A stretch of 63,779 nucleotides of DNA, counting the filler, from Squatina squatina (Eukaryota), in assembly GCA_031763465.1 (NCBI GenBank). It is 4 parts of 4 records of this genome, joined end to end, with 100 filler letters (N's around TTAATTAATTAA, not from the genome) between each part and the next. Parts side by side here need not be neighbours in the genome. Positions count along the whole stretch, not along the records: positions 32,577 to 51,569 come from JARFOE010000001.1; positions 51,670 to 63,779 come from JARFOE010000073.1; 2 more parts are not named here. One strand, 5' to 3'. The notes under the pieces are model-generated. The model had not been told where the DNA came from. It saw only the letters and a list, made by a program, of their open reading frames with translations, and ran no database searches. A program made the translations under genes and the position numbers. Within the stretch, counting starts at the first letter, position 1. Each line of letters starts with the position of its first letter. Below are positions 41,546-52,497 of this stretch, piece by piece.

Positions 41546-41733
41546 TCTAACCCGTGCTGTACCTGCCCTGGGAGTGTTTGATGGGACAGTGTGGGGAGAA
41601 CTTTACTCTGTGTCTAACTCATGCTGTACCTGCCCTGGGAGTGTTTGATGGGGCAGTGTAGAGGGAGCTTTACTCTGTATCTAACCTATGCTGAACCTGC
41701 CTGGGCGTGTTTGATGGGACAGGGTAGAGGGCG
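41546..41733. repeat. 67-bp tandem repeat (TCTAACCCGTGCTGTACCTGCCCTGGGAGTGTTTGATGGGACAGTGT...)
   Basis: Unit starts at 41546, 41613 and 41680; runs into a gap. Confidence 0.9.
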
Positions 41734-42544
41734 NNNNNNNNNNNNNNNNNNNNNNNNNNNNNNNNNNNNNNNNNNNNNNNNNNNNNNNNNNNNNNNNNNN
41801 NNNNNNNNNNNNNNNNNNNNNNNNNNNNNNNNNTGGGCGTGCCCTCCGCTCTCTAGGAGGTCTGTGCCCTGCATGTGCCACCAGTGGTGCAGCTGGATGT
41901 GGGTCCTCAGGGCGTAGTTGTGGCTGGTCAGGTTGAGGATCTCCTGCTTCCTCAGCAACGGCCTCATCTTGCATGGCCCTCCTTGCTCTCCCGCCTCTCT
42001 CTACGACGTCTTCTGTGTCTGAGGTAGCGCATGTGATAATCGATGAGTGCCCATTCAACCACCAGTGCGGCACCCATGGCGACTTGGCCCGATTACTGTG
42101 CGATTCCTCCAAGAGAGTTCAACCCAAAGACAGGCCAGCAGGGGCTCAAAGTGAGGCTATGAAGTAAACAGTCATGTGATGAGTGTGTCACGGAGCCTCT
42201 AAGCAAAGATAAAATGAAACCTAATCTCATTGCATTAACTTGCGCTCGATTCTCTGAGCTGAGGCCCGTGTCACCGCTGAAAAATCCAGGCGTTGTCACT
42301 GCTGGGTTTACTACACACTGACACTGTTGAATATCGGGCGGGCGGCCATTTTGGGCGCCACACGCATTTATGACGTCATAGCACCGCGATGAAGTTTCAG
42401 CTAGCGCTTGGAGCCTTAGAGGCCTTGCACCCGTTTTGCGCCTGCACTAACGGGACGCGAATTTTGCGCCTGTGTTTGGACGCCCAAAGTGCATGTACGC
42501 CCAAAGTGATTTTGCGCCAAAAGTTTACCCCCGAATTGGGCGCC

Positions 42545-43818
42545 CCTTCTCTTTGGACGCTCACAGAAACATTTGATGATAGCTTTGACTGCACCAATTG
42601 AATTCTGTATCTCAGGTACAGCATTCAAGTCTTTCACAACCAGATTGAGTTTATGTGCAGCACAATGGACAAAAGCAGCTTTTGGATAACTACTTTTTAT
42701 TTTAGCTTGCACACCACCTTCCTTTCCTGCCATTGTAGAACAATCATCGTATCCTTGGCCATGTAGTTTTTCTAGATTTAAGCCAAACTTTGTACTCTGA
42801 TCAATAATTGTATTGGCAATGGAAGTAGCATCCAATTCAATTAGTGACGCGAAACCAGGGATTTCCTCTCAGATAATATTTTCTGTAGCAGTTTGTGTCA
42901 ACAAAATGTACACCAAGTGCTCCTTTCCAGATATGTCAGCACTTTCATCAGCAATTATTGAAAAACCAGTTGAATTGTTGGCCGAAAAAACAATATCTTC
43001 CCTTATGGTTTCTTCACACATATTGATCAGTTCATTTTCCATACAGACAGATTTTTAGCGAACATTAGCTGGATAATTTTCCAAATGTTTCCATAGCTTC
43101 TCATCTCCTGCTTCAGTGCGAAACTCATAGAAGCTTTGAACATTTTGTGCTTGTTTTTCCACGTAAAACAATGTCATGTGCTACAGAATAAAATCGTCGA
43201 TAATATTAGAAATAACTTCTTCTGATTTTCCTCTACCAGACACTTCACTTCACTGTCCAGTTGACACACAATGCTCATTTCTGGTTTGTTTCTGATGACC
43301 AAAAAGTTACTTGCATCCACTTGCGCATTTCTGTGCCAAATGCTTGAAATATGATTTCTTGCACTTTCATGAAAGTCTTTGTCCTTTGTGAAAGGTGCAG
43401 TGATGAAGGTGCCCTGTGTCCCATGATAAACAGGCTGTGGAAAAATTGTGCAATATTTACAAATTGCTCCTTTCAGGTGTGTGGAATAACTAAGCCAAGG
43501 TGAATATTGACTTAACCATACATGACGGAAACAGAGTGGCCCCTTTGCATCCTTCTTCAAATCATAATTTGCTGGAGGCGTGTAAGTTTTCACAAGTAGA
43601 TTGCGTTTAAGATCATCTGTTACTTTTCTAGATGAATGAACATACAATCCAATATCAATAGCATCAACCTCAGCAACACTACATTGACTGCATTCAACTG
43701 TTGCTGTTGAACCTAAATTGGAGCTGGTGCTTTGGTATGCCTCATTTCTTCCTGTTTCATTTGCTGGTGTTTCTAATTCATTCAATTTATGCTTTGTTAA
43801 AGACTTCCTGACGTTCAT
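42545..43818 (-). pseudogene. Decayed hAT-superfamily transposase (ZMYM1/THAP12-like), C-terminally truncated
   Basis: ATG at 43818; TTF-type zinc-finger-like WL..YSPWLSYS....GAICKYC..F; FSIIADESADISGKEHL (first catalytic Asp); GQGYD..STMAG...GVQAKI...YPKAAFVHCAAHKLNL; in-frame stops and frameshifts. Confidence 0.9.
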
Positions 43819-43903
43819 TTCTGAAAAAAATGGGGGTTTTGTTTTCAATTCGAATACAGATACAACAAGCAATGCAGTGCAACCCCTACAGTGGTCTATA
43901 GAC

Positions 43904-43975
43904 CAGTGATTCTCAACCTTATTTTTTACTGTGGCCCCACCTTGAGCTGGAGCATTTTCCCGTGGTACCCCTCTA
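43904..43975 (+). mobile_element. Charlie/MER5-type hAT terminal inverted repeat (one end only)
   Basis: CAGTGATTCTCAACC preceded by a target-like CTATAGAC; partner end not found. Confidence 0.45.
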
Positions 43976-45139
43976 TCAAATAAAAACAAAAAACAGCATT
44001 TTGAAAAAATAGTGATTTTTGCACAAATAGCTTGAGTGTTTCCTACTTTATGACCTTATGTCTTCCAGCTAAGTAAATCCAGAAGTTGCCACAATAGAGA
44101 CTCGCAAAACTGTAGACTAGTAGTGTCTTGCTGTTAACAGACCTGTTATATATAAACTATGATGTTGCATTGTCATGTCAGTGCTGCTGACGTTGAAACA
44201 TTGAGTTTGGAACATTCTAAACTCTTTGGTTGAAACATCTCCCATAGGGAGCTGATCGGAAGCACCCAACATATCACATCCAAAGTAAATTTAATAAGCA
44301 AAATGAATTGATTTTAAAACTTTTAAATATGTATGTACACTGAATGGATAAAGAAGGAAAAACATAATATATTTCTCTTTTTTTCTTTTATAATATAATG
44401 ACCTGGATTAAGCAGATTTAAGGCTTTATTTCGTTAAGAAATCATGTTTTGCAAATGTCTTTCATTCAGAATATTCAAAGAAAACAAAGGAGGGAGATTT
44501 TTAAACAGAGAAAAAAAATCCCCCAAAATACCCTGCACTACACTTGGGGAAAAATACAATACAAACACTAAACAATAATGATTCAGAGGCACTGCATCTT
44601 AATCTGGTGCTTTTAAATAAAGGCAGGAATCAGGAAATCCTGAAACAGAGAGACTGCATTGAATGTTGAGGCCACATAATAATTAGAACTGGGTAGGCAA
44701 ATTAAACCCCTAGAGACTGTCCTATCATTCAATTAGATCATGGCTGATCTGTACTTCCACCTGCCTTTGATCCATATCCCTTGTAGTCCAGATCCTGTGA
44801 CCCGTCTTCCTGGTGAGCATGGATCTCAAGCAGCAGGGTGCAGTTGTGGAATTTATTCTATAATGCCCTTTGAACCCCAAGACTGTGCTACAGCTTTGTA
44901 ACACGCTCAGGCCCAATGGGTATTCTGTATGGAATGAACTGCCACCCATCTGTTACTTTCTATATAATACATAATAGATATGAGAGTTAATTTGGATAAG
45001 ATGCCAAAACGAGCACAGGCATGCATCAGCAGGGGTCTGATATCGCAAGTGCCTGGCGCTCCTTAAAATCAGCCTGCATCTCTTCAAGAGGTACATTGTG
45101 GCTGCTGGAGGTGGTGAGAGTATTTTCAAAGATTCAACA

Positions 45140-45345
45140 ATGGCTCACAATAGCAGACAGTGTGCACCAAGGATTTCAGACACTGCACTGGAGGTCTTGG
45201 TGGGAGAGGTGGAAAGAAGGAGAAGTGTTGTTTATCTGCAGGGGATAGGAGGCCCTCCAGACATATGTTTAGGAGGCACTGAGAACAAATATTGGTAGAT
45301 ATCAGTGCCAGGAGCATTGCTCCAAGAACATGGATGCAATGCAGT
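45140..45345 (+). mobile_element. PIF/Harbinger Myb/SANT-like DNA-binding ORF relic
   Basis: MAHNSRQCAPRISDTALEVLVGEVERRRSVVY then, after frameshift, W..ISARSIAPRTWMQC; resembles the NAIF1/MSANTD trihelix pattern. Confidence 0.6.
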
Positions 45346-45960
45346 TTTGTGTCACCTGCAAACTTTGAAATTATGCCTTGTCTAGGTCCTAATACCGACC
45401 CCCGGGGAACACTGGTATACATCCCTCCAGTCTGACAAAAAATTATTTGTTGACTGTAACCCGCCTTGGGACATCCTGAGGTTGTGAAAGACATGATATA
45501 AATGCACCTTCTTTCTTTTTTTCCCTTTTATTTGACTCGCGATCATGTCTAGTGTTTGGCAAGTCTCCACCCCAGCTGCAGTGCCTCACAAAATTGCACA
45601 TAGTGTCGGTGTGTTCCTTGACCCGGGGTGCATTACGGTGGAGTCCACTGGCCTTCCTTGATGTCCATGTATATTTTCAGTAGATGTCACTGGAAAGCAA
45701 GCAGGAGCAGGAACGCCCATCCTGAGTGAGTTCTTCCTTCCCTAGTTCTAGGATACTGAGGTCAGTTGTGATATCCCTGCCGCCACTTAGCCAAATTCAG
45801 CTAATTCTACATGCAGGAGGACTTTGAACCTTTGGACCTTCCTTAGCTGCATGGCTTGTTNNNNNNNNNNNNNNNNNNNNNNNNNNNNNNNNNNNNNNNN
45901 NNNNNNNNNNNNNNNNNNNNNNNNNNNNNNNNNNNNNNNNNNNNNNNNNNNNNNNNNNNN

Positions 45961-47086
45961 AGGGGATGTGGGAGGGGTAGGTAGTATGTGTTCGGGGTGA
46001 GTGTACATGGGCTGTGGGAGGGGTGGGGAGAGCCTGTGATAAGGGAGAGTGTACCGGGGCTGTGGGAGAGGTGGGTGGAGTCTGTGATAGGGGAGAGTGT
46101 ACAGGGGCTGTTGGAGGTAACTGAATGGGTGGGTAGAGGCTGTGCTATGGGAGAGTGTACAGGGGAGGGGCTGTGTGAAGGGTGGGGTGAGTGTGATGGG
46201 GAGAGTGTCTGTGGCCTCTGGTGAGGGGTGTGCAGTCTGTGATAGGGGGGAATGTACAGGGGCTGTGTGTAGTCTGTGTTCGGGGAGAGTGTACATGGAC
46301 TGTGGGAAGTGATTGAATGGGTGGGTGGAGTCTGTGATAGGGGAGAGTGTACAGCGGCTGTGGGAGAGGTGGGTAGAGTCTGTGATAGGGGAGAGTGTAC
46401 AGGGGATGTGGGAGGGGTGGGGAGAGTCTGAGATAGGGGAGAGTGCACAGGGGCTGTGGGAGAGGTGGGGAGATTGTGTGATCGGGGAGAGTGTGCATGG
46501 GCTGTGGGAGGTGCTTGAATGGGTGGGTAGAGTCTGTGATAGGGGAGAGCGTACAGGGGCTGTGGGAGAGGTGGGAAGAATCTGTGATGGGGAGAGTGGA
46601 CAGGGGTGGGGAGAGTCTGTGATAGGGGAGAGTGGACAGGGGTGGGGAGAGTCTGTGATAGTGGAGAGGGTCCAGCGGCTGTGTGAAGGGTGAGGTGAGT
46701 GTGATGGAGAGAGTGTCTGTGGCCTCTGGTGGGGGGTGGGTCGTCTGAGATCGGGGAGACTGTCCACAGGCTGTGGGAGAGGTGGGTTGAGTGTGATAGG
46801 GGAGTGTGTACAGGAGATGTGGGAGGGATGGGGAGAGTGTACAGGGGCTGTGGGAGGGGTCGGATGGAATGGGTGGGGAGATTCTGTGATCGGGGAGAGT
46901 GTGCATGGGCTGTGGGAGGTGATTGAATGGGTGGATAGAATCTGTGATATGGGAGTGTACAGGGGCTGTGTGAAGGGTGGGGTGAGTGTGATGGGGAGAG
47001 TGTCTGTGGCCTCTGGGAGGGGTGGGTAGTCTGAGATCGGGGAGACTGTCCACGGGCTGTGGGAGAGGTGGGTAGAGTCTGTGATA
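45961..47086. repeat. G-rich complex minisatellite (core GTCTGTGATAGGGGAGAGTGTACAGGGGCTGTGGGAGAGGTGGG)
   Basis: Variable-length tandem units with extreme G/C strand skew; gap-bounded. Confidence 0.92.
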
Positions 47087-47915
47087 NNNNNNNNNNNNNN
47101 NNNNNNNNNNNNNNNNNNNNNNNNNNNNNNNNNNNNNNNNNNNNNNNNNNNNNNNNNNNNNNNNNNNNNNNNNNNNNNNNNNNNNNAAGGTAGGGAGAGC
47201 GAAGAGCGATCGAGTAAGGGAGCGAGATAGCGAAGGATGGAGAGAATGAGATGAGAGAGAAAAAAAGAGAGGGAGAGGGAGGGAGCGACGAAGAGCAAGA
47301 GAAAGCGGGAGTGAGAATGGGGAAGGGAGGTAGCGAGGAATGTAGAAACCAGAAGTGACCGCCTTCCTCTGTGAGCAAGTTGTTGGTTATGGAGACCAGA
47401 TTCTAACTCGTTTCATTAAGGCTCTAAATGAATGTATAAGCTGTTTCCCGTCATCTGCACTTAATCAATTCTGTTCGGTTAATTAATTGTAAAAGAGTTG
47501 TGAGAAACACAGAACCTTTTTTCACACACACTTGCCTCAGCGCAGATTACTCCCAAGGAGTGAGATTTAATTCCTGTGTATTGTTAGACGACAGGTTTGA
47601 AAGTGTTTCTTTCCCCCTCAGACCCCCAAAGCCCCCTCCCAGCAGAGGAAGCATTTGCCAAACAGTAAAGGCGAGTTTTATTTGTCCTGGGAGAGAGAGG
47701 GGAAGAATTAATTCGGTAATGGCTTAACGTCAAGTGGCAGCACCTGGACTCGATGTGTAAATCTGAGAAGTTGCCGTGGGAACCGGAGGCTGGTCTCTGA
47801 GCTGAGGTCCCCGAATACTGGGAGGATCGAATTCCAGCAACTCACAGGCTCTGCCATCAGGGCAACTTGTTCCTCCACACCCACTCCCACCTCCAATCAA
47901 GGTGCTGCTTCTTGT

Positions 47916-48281
47916 ACAATCCCTCCGAGACAATCCCTACCAAAGACAATCCCTCCGAGGGCAATCCCTCCTAGGACAATCCCTCCGAGGGCCATCCCTA
48001 CCTAAGACAATCCCTCCGAGGGCAATCCCTCCTAGGACAATCCCTCCGAGGGCAATCCCTACCTAAGACAATCCCTCCGAGGGCAATCCCTACCTAAGAC
48101 AATCCCTCCAAGGGCAATCCCTCCTAGGACAATCCCTCCCTAAGACAATCCCTCCGAGACAATCTCTCCGAGGGCAATCCCTCCTAGGACAATCCCTCCG
48201 CGGGCAATCCCTCCCTAAGACAATCCCTCCGAGGGCAATCCCTCCTAGGACAATCCCTCCCTAAGACAATCCCTCCGAGGG
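47916..48281. repeat. 15/16-bp minisatellite (CAATCCCTCCGAGGG / CAATCCCTCCTAGGA / CAATCCCTACCTAAGA)
   Basis: Alternating monomer types read directly. Confidence 0.92.
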
Positions 48282-48381
48282 NNNNNNNNNNNNNNNNNNN
48301 NNNNNNNNNNNNNNNNNNNNNNNNNNNNNNNNNNNNNNNNNNNNNNNNNNNNNNNNNNNNNNNNNNNNNNNNNNNNNNNNN

Positions 48382-48690
48382 GGGAGAGAGAAAAGGAGAG
48401 ATATAGAGTGAAAGAGACAGGGAGAAAAACAGAAAGATGCACACGGAGGAAGAGTGAGTGAGACAGCAAAACACCAAAAGGGAGACAGAGACAGACAAAG
48501 AATGAGACAGAGATTGGGAGAAAATGAGAGATAAAGAGTGAGAGAGACAGGAACACAGAGAGGGAGAGACGGAGAGAGAATGAGTGAGACAGAGAAACAG
48601 AGGAAGAGAAACGGTTAGTGAATGAGACAGAAACACAGAAAGAGAGAGACAATAAATGAGAGAGACAGAGGCAAAGGGAGGGAGAGGCGC
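48382..48690. repeat. Degenerate GA-rich simple repeat
   Basis: Low-complexity purine tract. Confidence 0.85.
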
Positions 48691-50224
48691 AGATTCTACA
48701 GATGACATTGATATTTGGACTGACTCCAACTGTTTTTTCTAGCTCCCTGGATTGTCCATCTGGCCCTGTCCAACTCCCACATCTGGAAATGTACCTGCCA
48801 ACTCCGATTACAGTTTCAGTACAATGGTGCTTCTGTTTAGCTTTTCCCATTGTAGATTTCTACCAGATCAGCAGTCAGATGGCCTTAATAACCCACACCG
48901 GTTTGATATTGGCTGTTATGTTATCAGCGTCAGCTCTAGCCTTGAAACAACTGCTCGAAATCCTCAAACCTCCTCATAAAACAAACCCTGCTCTATCCTA
49001 TATCTAGCACATTCCTCAATCTTAGTCACTGTCACTGCAAATTCATTCTCCGTGCCTGCTATACACAATGTACATGGTATCTATTATACCTGAGGGATCT
49101 CAGTCCCATTGTAAATCAGTTTTTATTTTACACCGTCCAATTTGCTCTCAGTGTCGATTATCCTCAATGTAACTCACGCACATCGGGTAAACATTATCCT
49201 CTGGAAAACTCNNNNNNNNNNNNNNNNNNNNNNNNNNNNNNNNNNNNNNNNNNNNNNNNNNNNNNNNNNNNNNNNNNNNNNNNNNNNNNNNNNNNNNNNN
49301 NNNNNNNNNNNCAGTTGGACAGCGCCAGAATCGGCATTGGTCCAGAGCTCAGTCTATTTGCGCCAGCCCCGGAGCGAGGCCTTCTGCCACAGAATTTGGG
49401 TCATTGCTTCTTTTCATGGTCAGCGCAACATGGCAGCGCTAATGAAGCACTGACCCGGCGCTGACCCCGCAAATTGCCTGGGATTGCAGCTTGGCGTCCA
49501 GCGCACTTACTTCAGCTGCAGGCCTCACACCCTGCCTTAAAGGGGAGGGCCGCTGGCTGAGGTGACGGAGCCTCGGGCCCACCACTGGGCACCAGGGAGC
49601 CGGGTTGGAGGCTGCAAAAGGCCGGCACACCAGAGAGCGTGCCAGCAAATGTGGGAAGCGCCGCTAGTGGCTGATCGGCCGCCCTACATTGTCCGACGTG
49701 GAAGTCAGCTGATGTAAAAAAAAATGGCGGCCAGCGGCGTAAGCACCAATGCTTTAAGTGTCGTTGGCAACAACAAGAACCACGGACCAATTCCGGCCGC
49801 GGCTCACCAGCAACACTAAAGGAGGTCACGGGGCAGCATTGTGGGGTTGCTGCGCGACTTGATGACACCGCGTGACCTGCGGCGCCAATGCCATCCCCGG
49901 CGAAGAGGCCTTTCCGCCACCGGGATGCCACGCCTAATTCGCCAATAGCTAAAGTTTGACCCTAGCACTGCTTTAGCACCCAGGTAGCACCATTTTCCGG
50001 CACTAAAACAAACCAATTGAGCCCCCAAAATGTTTTAATGCACTTATGATTTTTTTTTTCTCCTGGATTGCTCACAGCAGCGTCCAGGAGATTAATCTTT
50101 CATTCCTGGAGATTTCAGGAAAACTCTAGCGGGTTGGTGACCCGAGCACTGAGTGAGTGACAGCACACAATGAGAAGGAGCAAGTGATGGTGCCAGGGAA
50201 GGAGCAGGAACCTGGTGCCTGGCT

Positions 50225-50605
50225 TAAAGAGTTAAACTATGGACACAGGTTCCTTAAACTTGTCCCTTGAGTCTAGAAGGATGAGAGGTGCTCTGATCCA
50301 GGTGTTTAAAATGTTAAAAGTACTCGATCAGGTAGAAATTAGAGCCAGGCCATTCAGAAGTGAAATCAGGAAGCATTTCTTCACACAAAGGGTAATAGAA
50401 ATATGGAACTCTCTCCCCCAAAAAGCTGTTAAGGCTCAGTCAATTAAAGTATTTAAGACTGAGATCCATAGATTTTGGTCAGGTAAGGATATCAAGGGTT
50501 ATGGAGCCAAGGCGGGTAGATGGAGTTAAGAAAAAGATCAGACATGATCTAATTGAATGGTGGAACTGGCTTTAGAGGCTGAATGGCCTCCTCCTGTTCT
50601 TATGG
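50225..50605 (+). mobile_element. CR1 LINE 3' end with internal deletion
   Basis: SLESRRMRGALIQVFKML ... FRSEIRKHFFTQRVIEIWNSLP plus CR1 3' UTR. Confidence 0.88.
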
Positions 50606-51569
50606 TGGTTACATCGCTGCGGGTAATGGCCACTATATTTGAGAAAGGCAGCGGTATGATGACACAGTGCAGTCCTGCCATACATCTGTTGACTTTCAGT
50701 GGACAAGTTTGACTCCTTTTGTTTCAATGTAAGCCCCTTCTCATGCCCCTAAAACAAATGTGAAAACAAATGCAAATTTAAAAAAATGTGGTAAAGTGTA
50801 CAAGGAAAATNNNNNNNNNNNNNNNNNNNNNNNNNNNNNNNNNNNNNNNNNNNNNNNNNNNNNNNNNNNNNNNNNNNNNNNNNNNNNNNNNNNNNNNNNN
50901 NNNNNNNNNNCCCCACCTTGATGAGAACAAAATATATTTTAAAATAGTACGCTGTTTTCCATGCAGAAATTGAAATGAATGGACAAACAAAAAACTCCTT
51001 CAAACCTTTATAATAATTAAATAAGTCTGTTGGTGCCTCATTGGTTAGAGGCCTTTCAAACTGAAGACTCCCAAGTCTCCGTTGCGAGCCAACTTGCAAG
51101 TCTGTGAATGTTTAAATTGGCAGGTCCTGGAGCTCGTACAGTGCAGCCAAGGGGTAGGTGAGACTGAGCCAAGGGGTACATCCTACGTGTGGGAGGCAGA
51201 GCACTCACTGAATCTTAAACACTCTTAAGATTCACAAAAGGGAAAGTCAGGATTTATATCCTGGGGGAAAAGGGGCAGGAAAGCACGTGCTCTGGTTCAC
51301 ACGGGTTCCGATTCTTCCATCACAACCCAGTCCTCACAGCCCGTGGGAACATCCCAGAGAAGTGCGGTAGGGCCCACTTGGCACGCAGTCCAGACCAGTA
51401 GACACCGCCCCCCCAGCCCGCCATGGTTGACGCCACCCTGCACCATGCTGAGATGAACGTTCTGGTTGGATTCATATCTGACCTCATCACCCTTGGGATA
51501 GATAGCGGGATGTGCATCATGTCTAGACCTTGGCTCTCCTTCTCCCAGTCACTGCCCAACGCCTTGTGC

Positions 51570-51669
51570 NNNNNNNNNNNNNNNNNNNNNNNNNNNNNNN
51601 NNNNNNNNNNNNNTTAATTAATTAANNNNNNNNNNNNNNNNNNNNNNNNNNNNNNNNNNNNNNNNNNNN
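51570..51669. other. Artificial scaffold linker (44 N + TTAATTAATTAA + 44 N)
   Basis: 12-mer at 51614-51625 flanked by 44 N on each side. Confidence 0.95.
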
Positions 51670-51769
51670 AAAGGAAATAACTCATGATTGTGCCAGCTTT
51701 TTATATAATTTTTTTTTAACAAATCACCCAAGTTGGTAGCTCTACTTGGTTGGGCTGTCCAGTTCTGAT

Positions 51770-51976
51770 TGTCTCTGTGACCGGGGGGTTCCCATGAATG
51801 CTCTGGGTGTCTCTGTAACCTGAGGGTTTCCAGGAACGCTCTGGGTGTCTCTAGTCTGCGGGTTTCCAGGAACACTCTGGGTGTCTCTGTAGTCTGTGGG
51901 TTTCCGGGAACGCTCTGCGGGTTCCCACGAAAGCCCTGGGTATCTCTAGCCTGCAGGTTTCCAGGAACGCTCTGGG
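51770..51976. repeat. About 38-bp minisatellite (GGGTTTCCAGGAACGCTCTGGGTGTCTCTGTAG...)
   Basis: About five imperfect tandem copies. Confidence 0.8.
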
Positions 51977-52497
51977 GTGGCAACTTGATTCTTTTTTCTA
52001 CTGTACATGAATGCTGAAGATTTGCCTTTTTGAGGCTTTTATTTATTGGAAGTTTTTTTCCAATCACGTTTAATAAAATAAGGAATTGTAATCATATGGT
52101 TATTCACTTGCAGTTTTCATTGGAAAAGCCGCATTCTTGCACTGGTGAAGCTGAGCTGAGGACAGGTATTCCTCTGTTGTGCTAGGCACTGTGAAGAGGA
52201 AGTAGAGGCACAGACAGGCATCGAGTCTTTGTCCCAACACTGCTCCTGGATTTTCAGGGGTTTCAGATTAGGCAGAGTTGGGCTTGTGCCTGTGGTGACA
52301 GCCTTTCACTGCCTTTCTGTCGGTTTCCCATTGCTGCACTTGTAGGGCGACCCAAAGAAGCTGGTGGGGGAGCTTCTCCTCTCCTCCCCTCCCCTGGNNN
52401 NNNNNNNNNNNNNNNNNNNNNNNNNNNNNNNNNNNNNNNNNNNNNNNNNNNNNNNNNNNNNNNNNNNNNNNNNNNNNNNNNNNNNNNNNNNNNNNNN

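Noticed and set aside
45787-47378. 503- and 511-aa Pro/Ser/Thr/His-rich ORFs resembling a mucin or extensin
   Set aside because: Open in several frames of a C-rich minisatellite strand, span gaps, no splice or domain context, and on a different scaffold from the real mucin.
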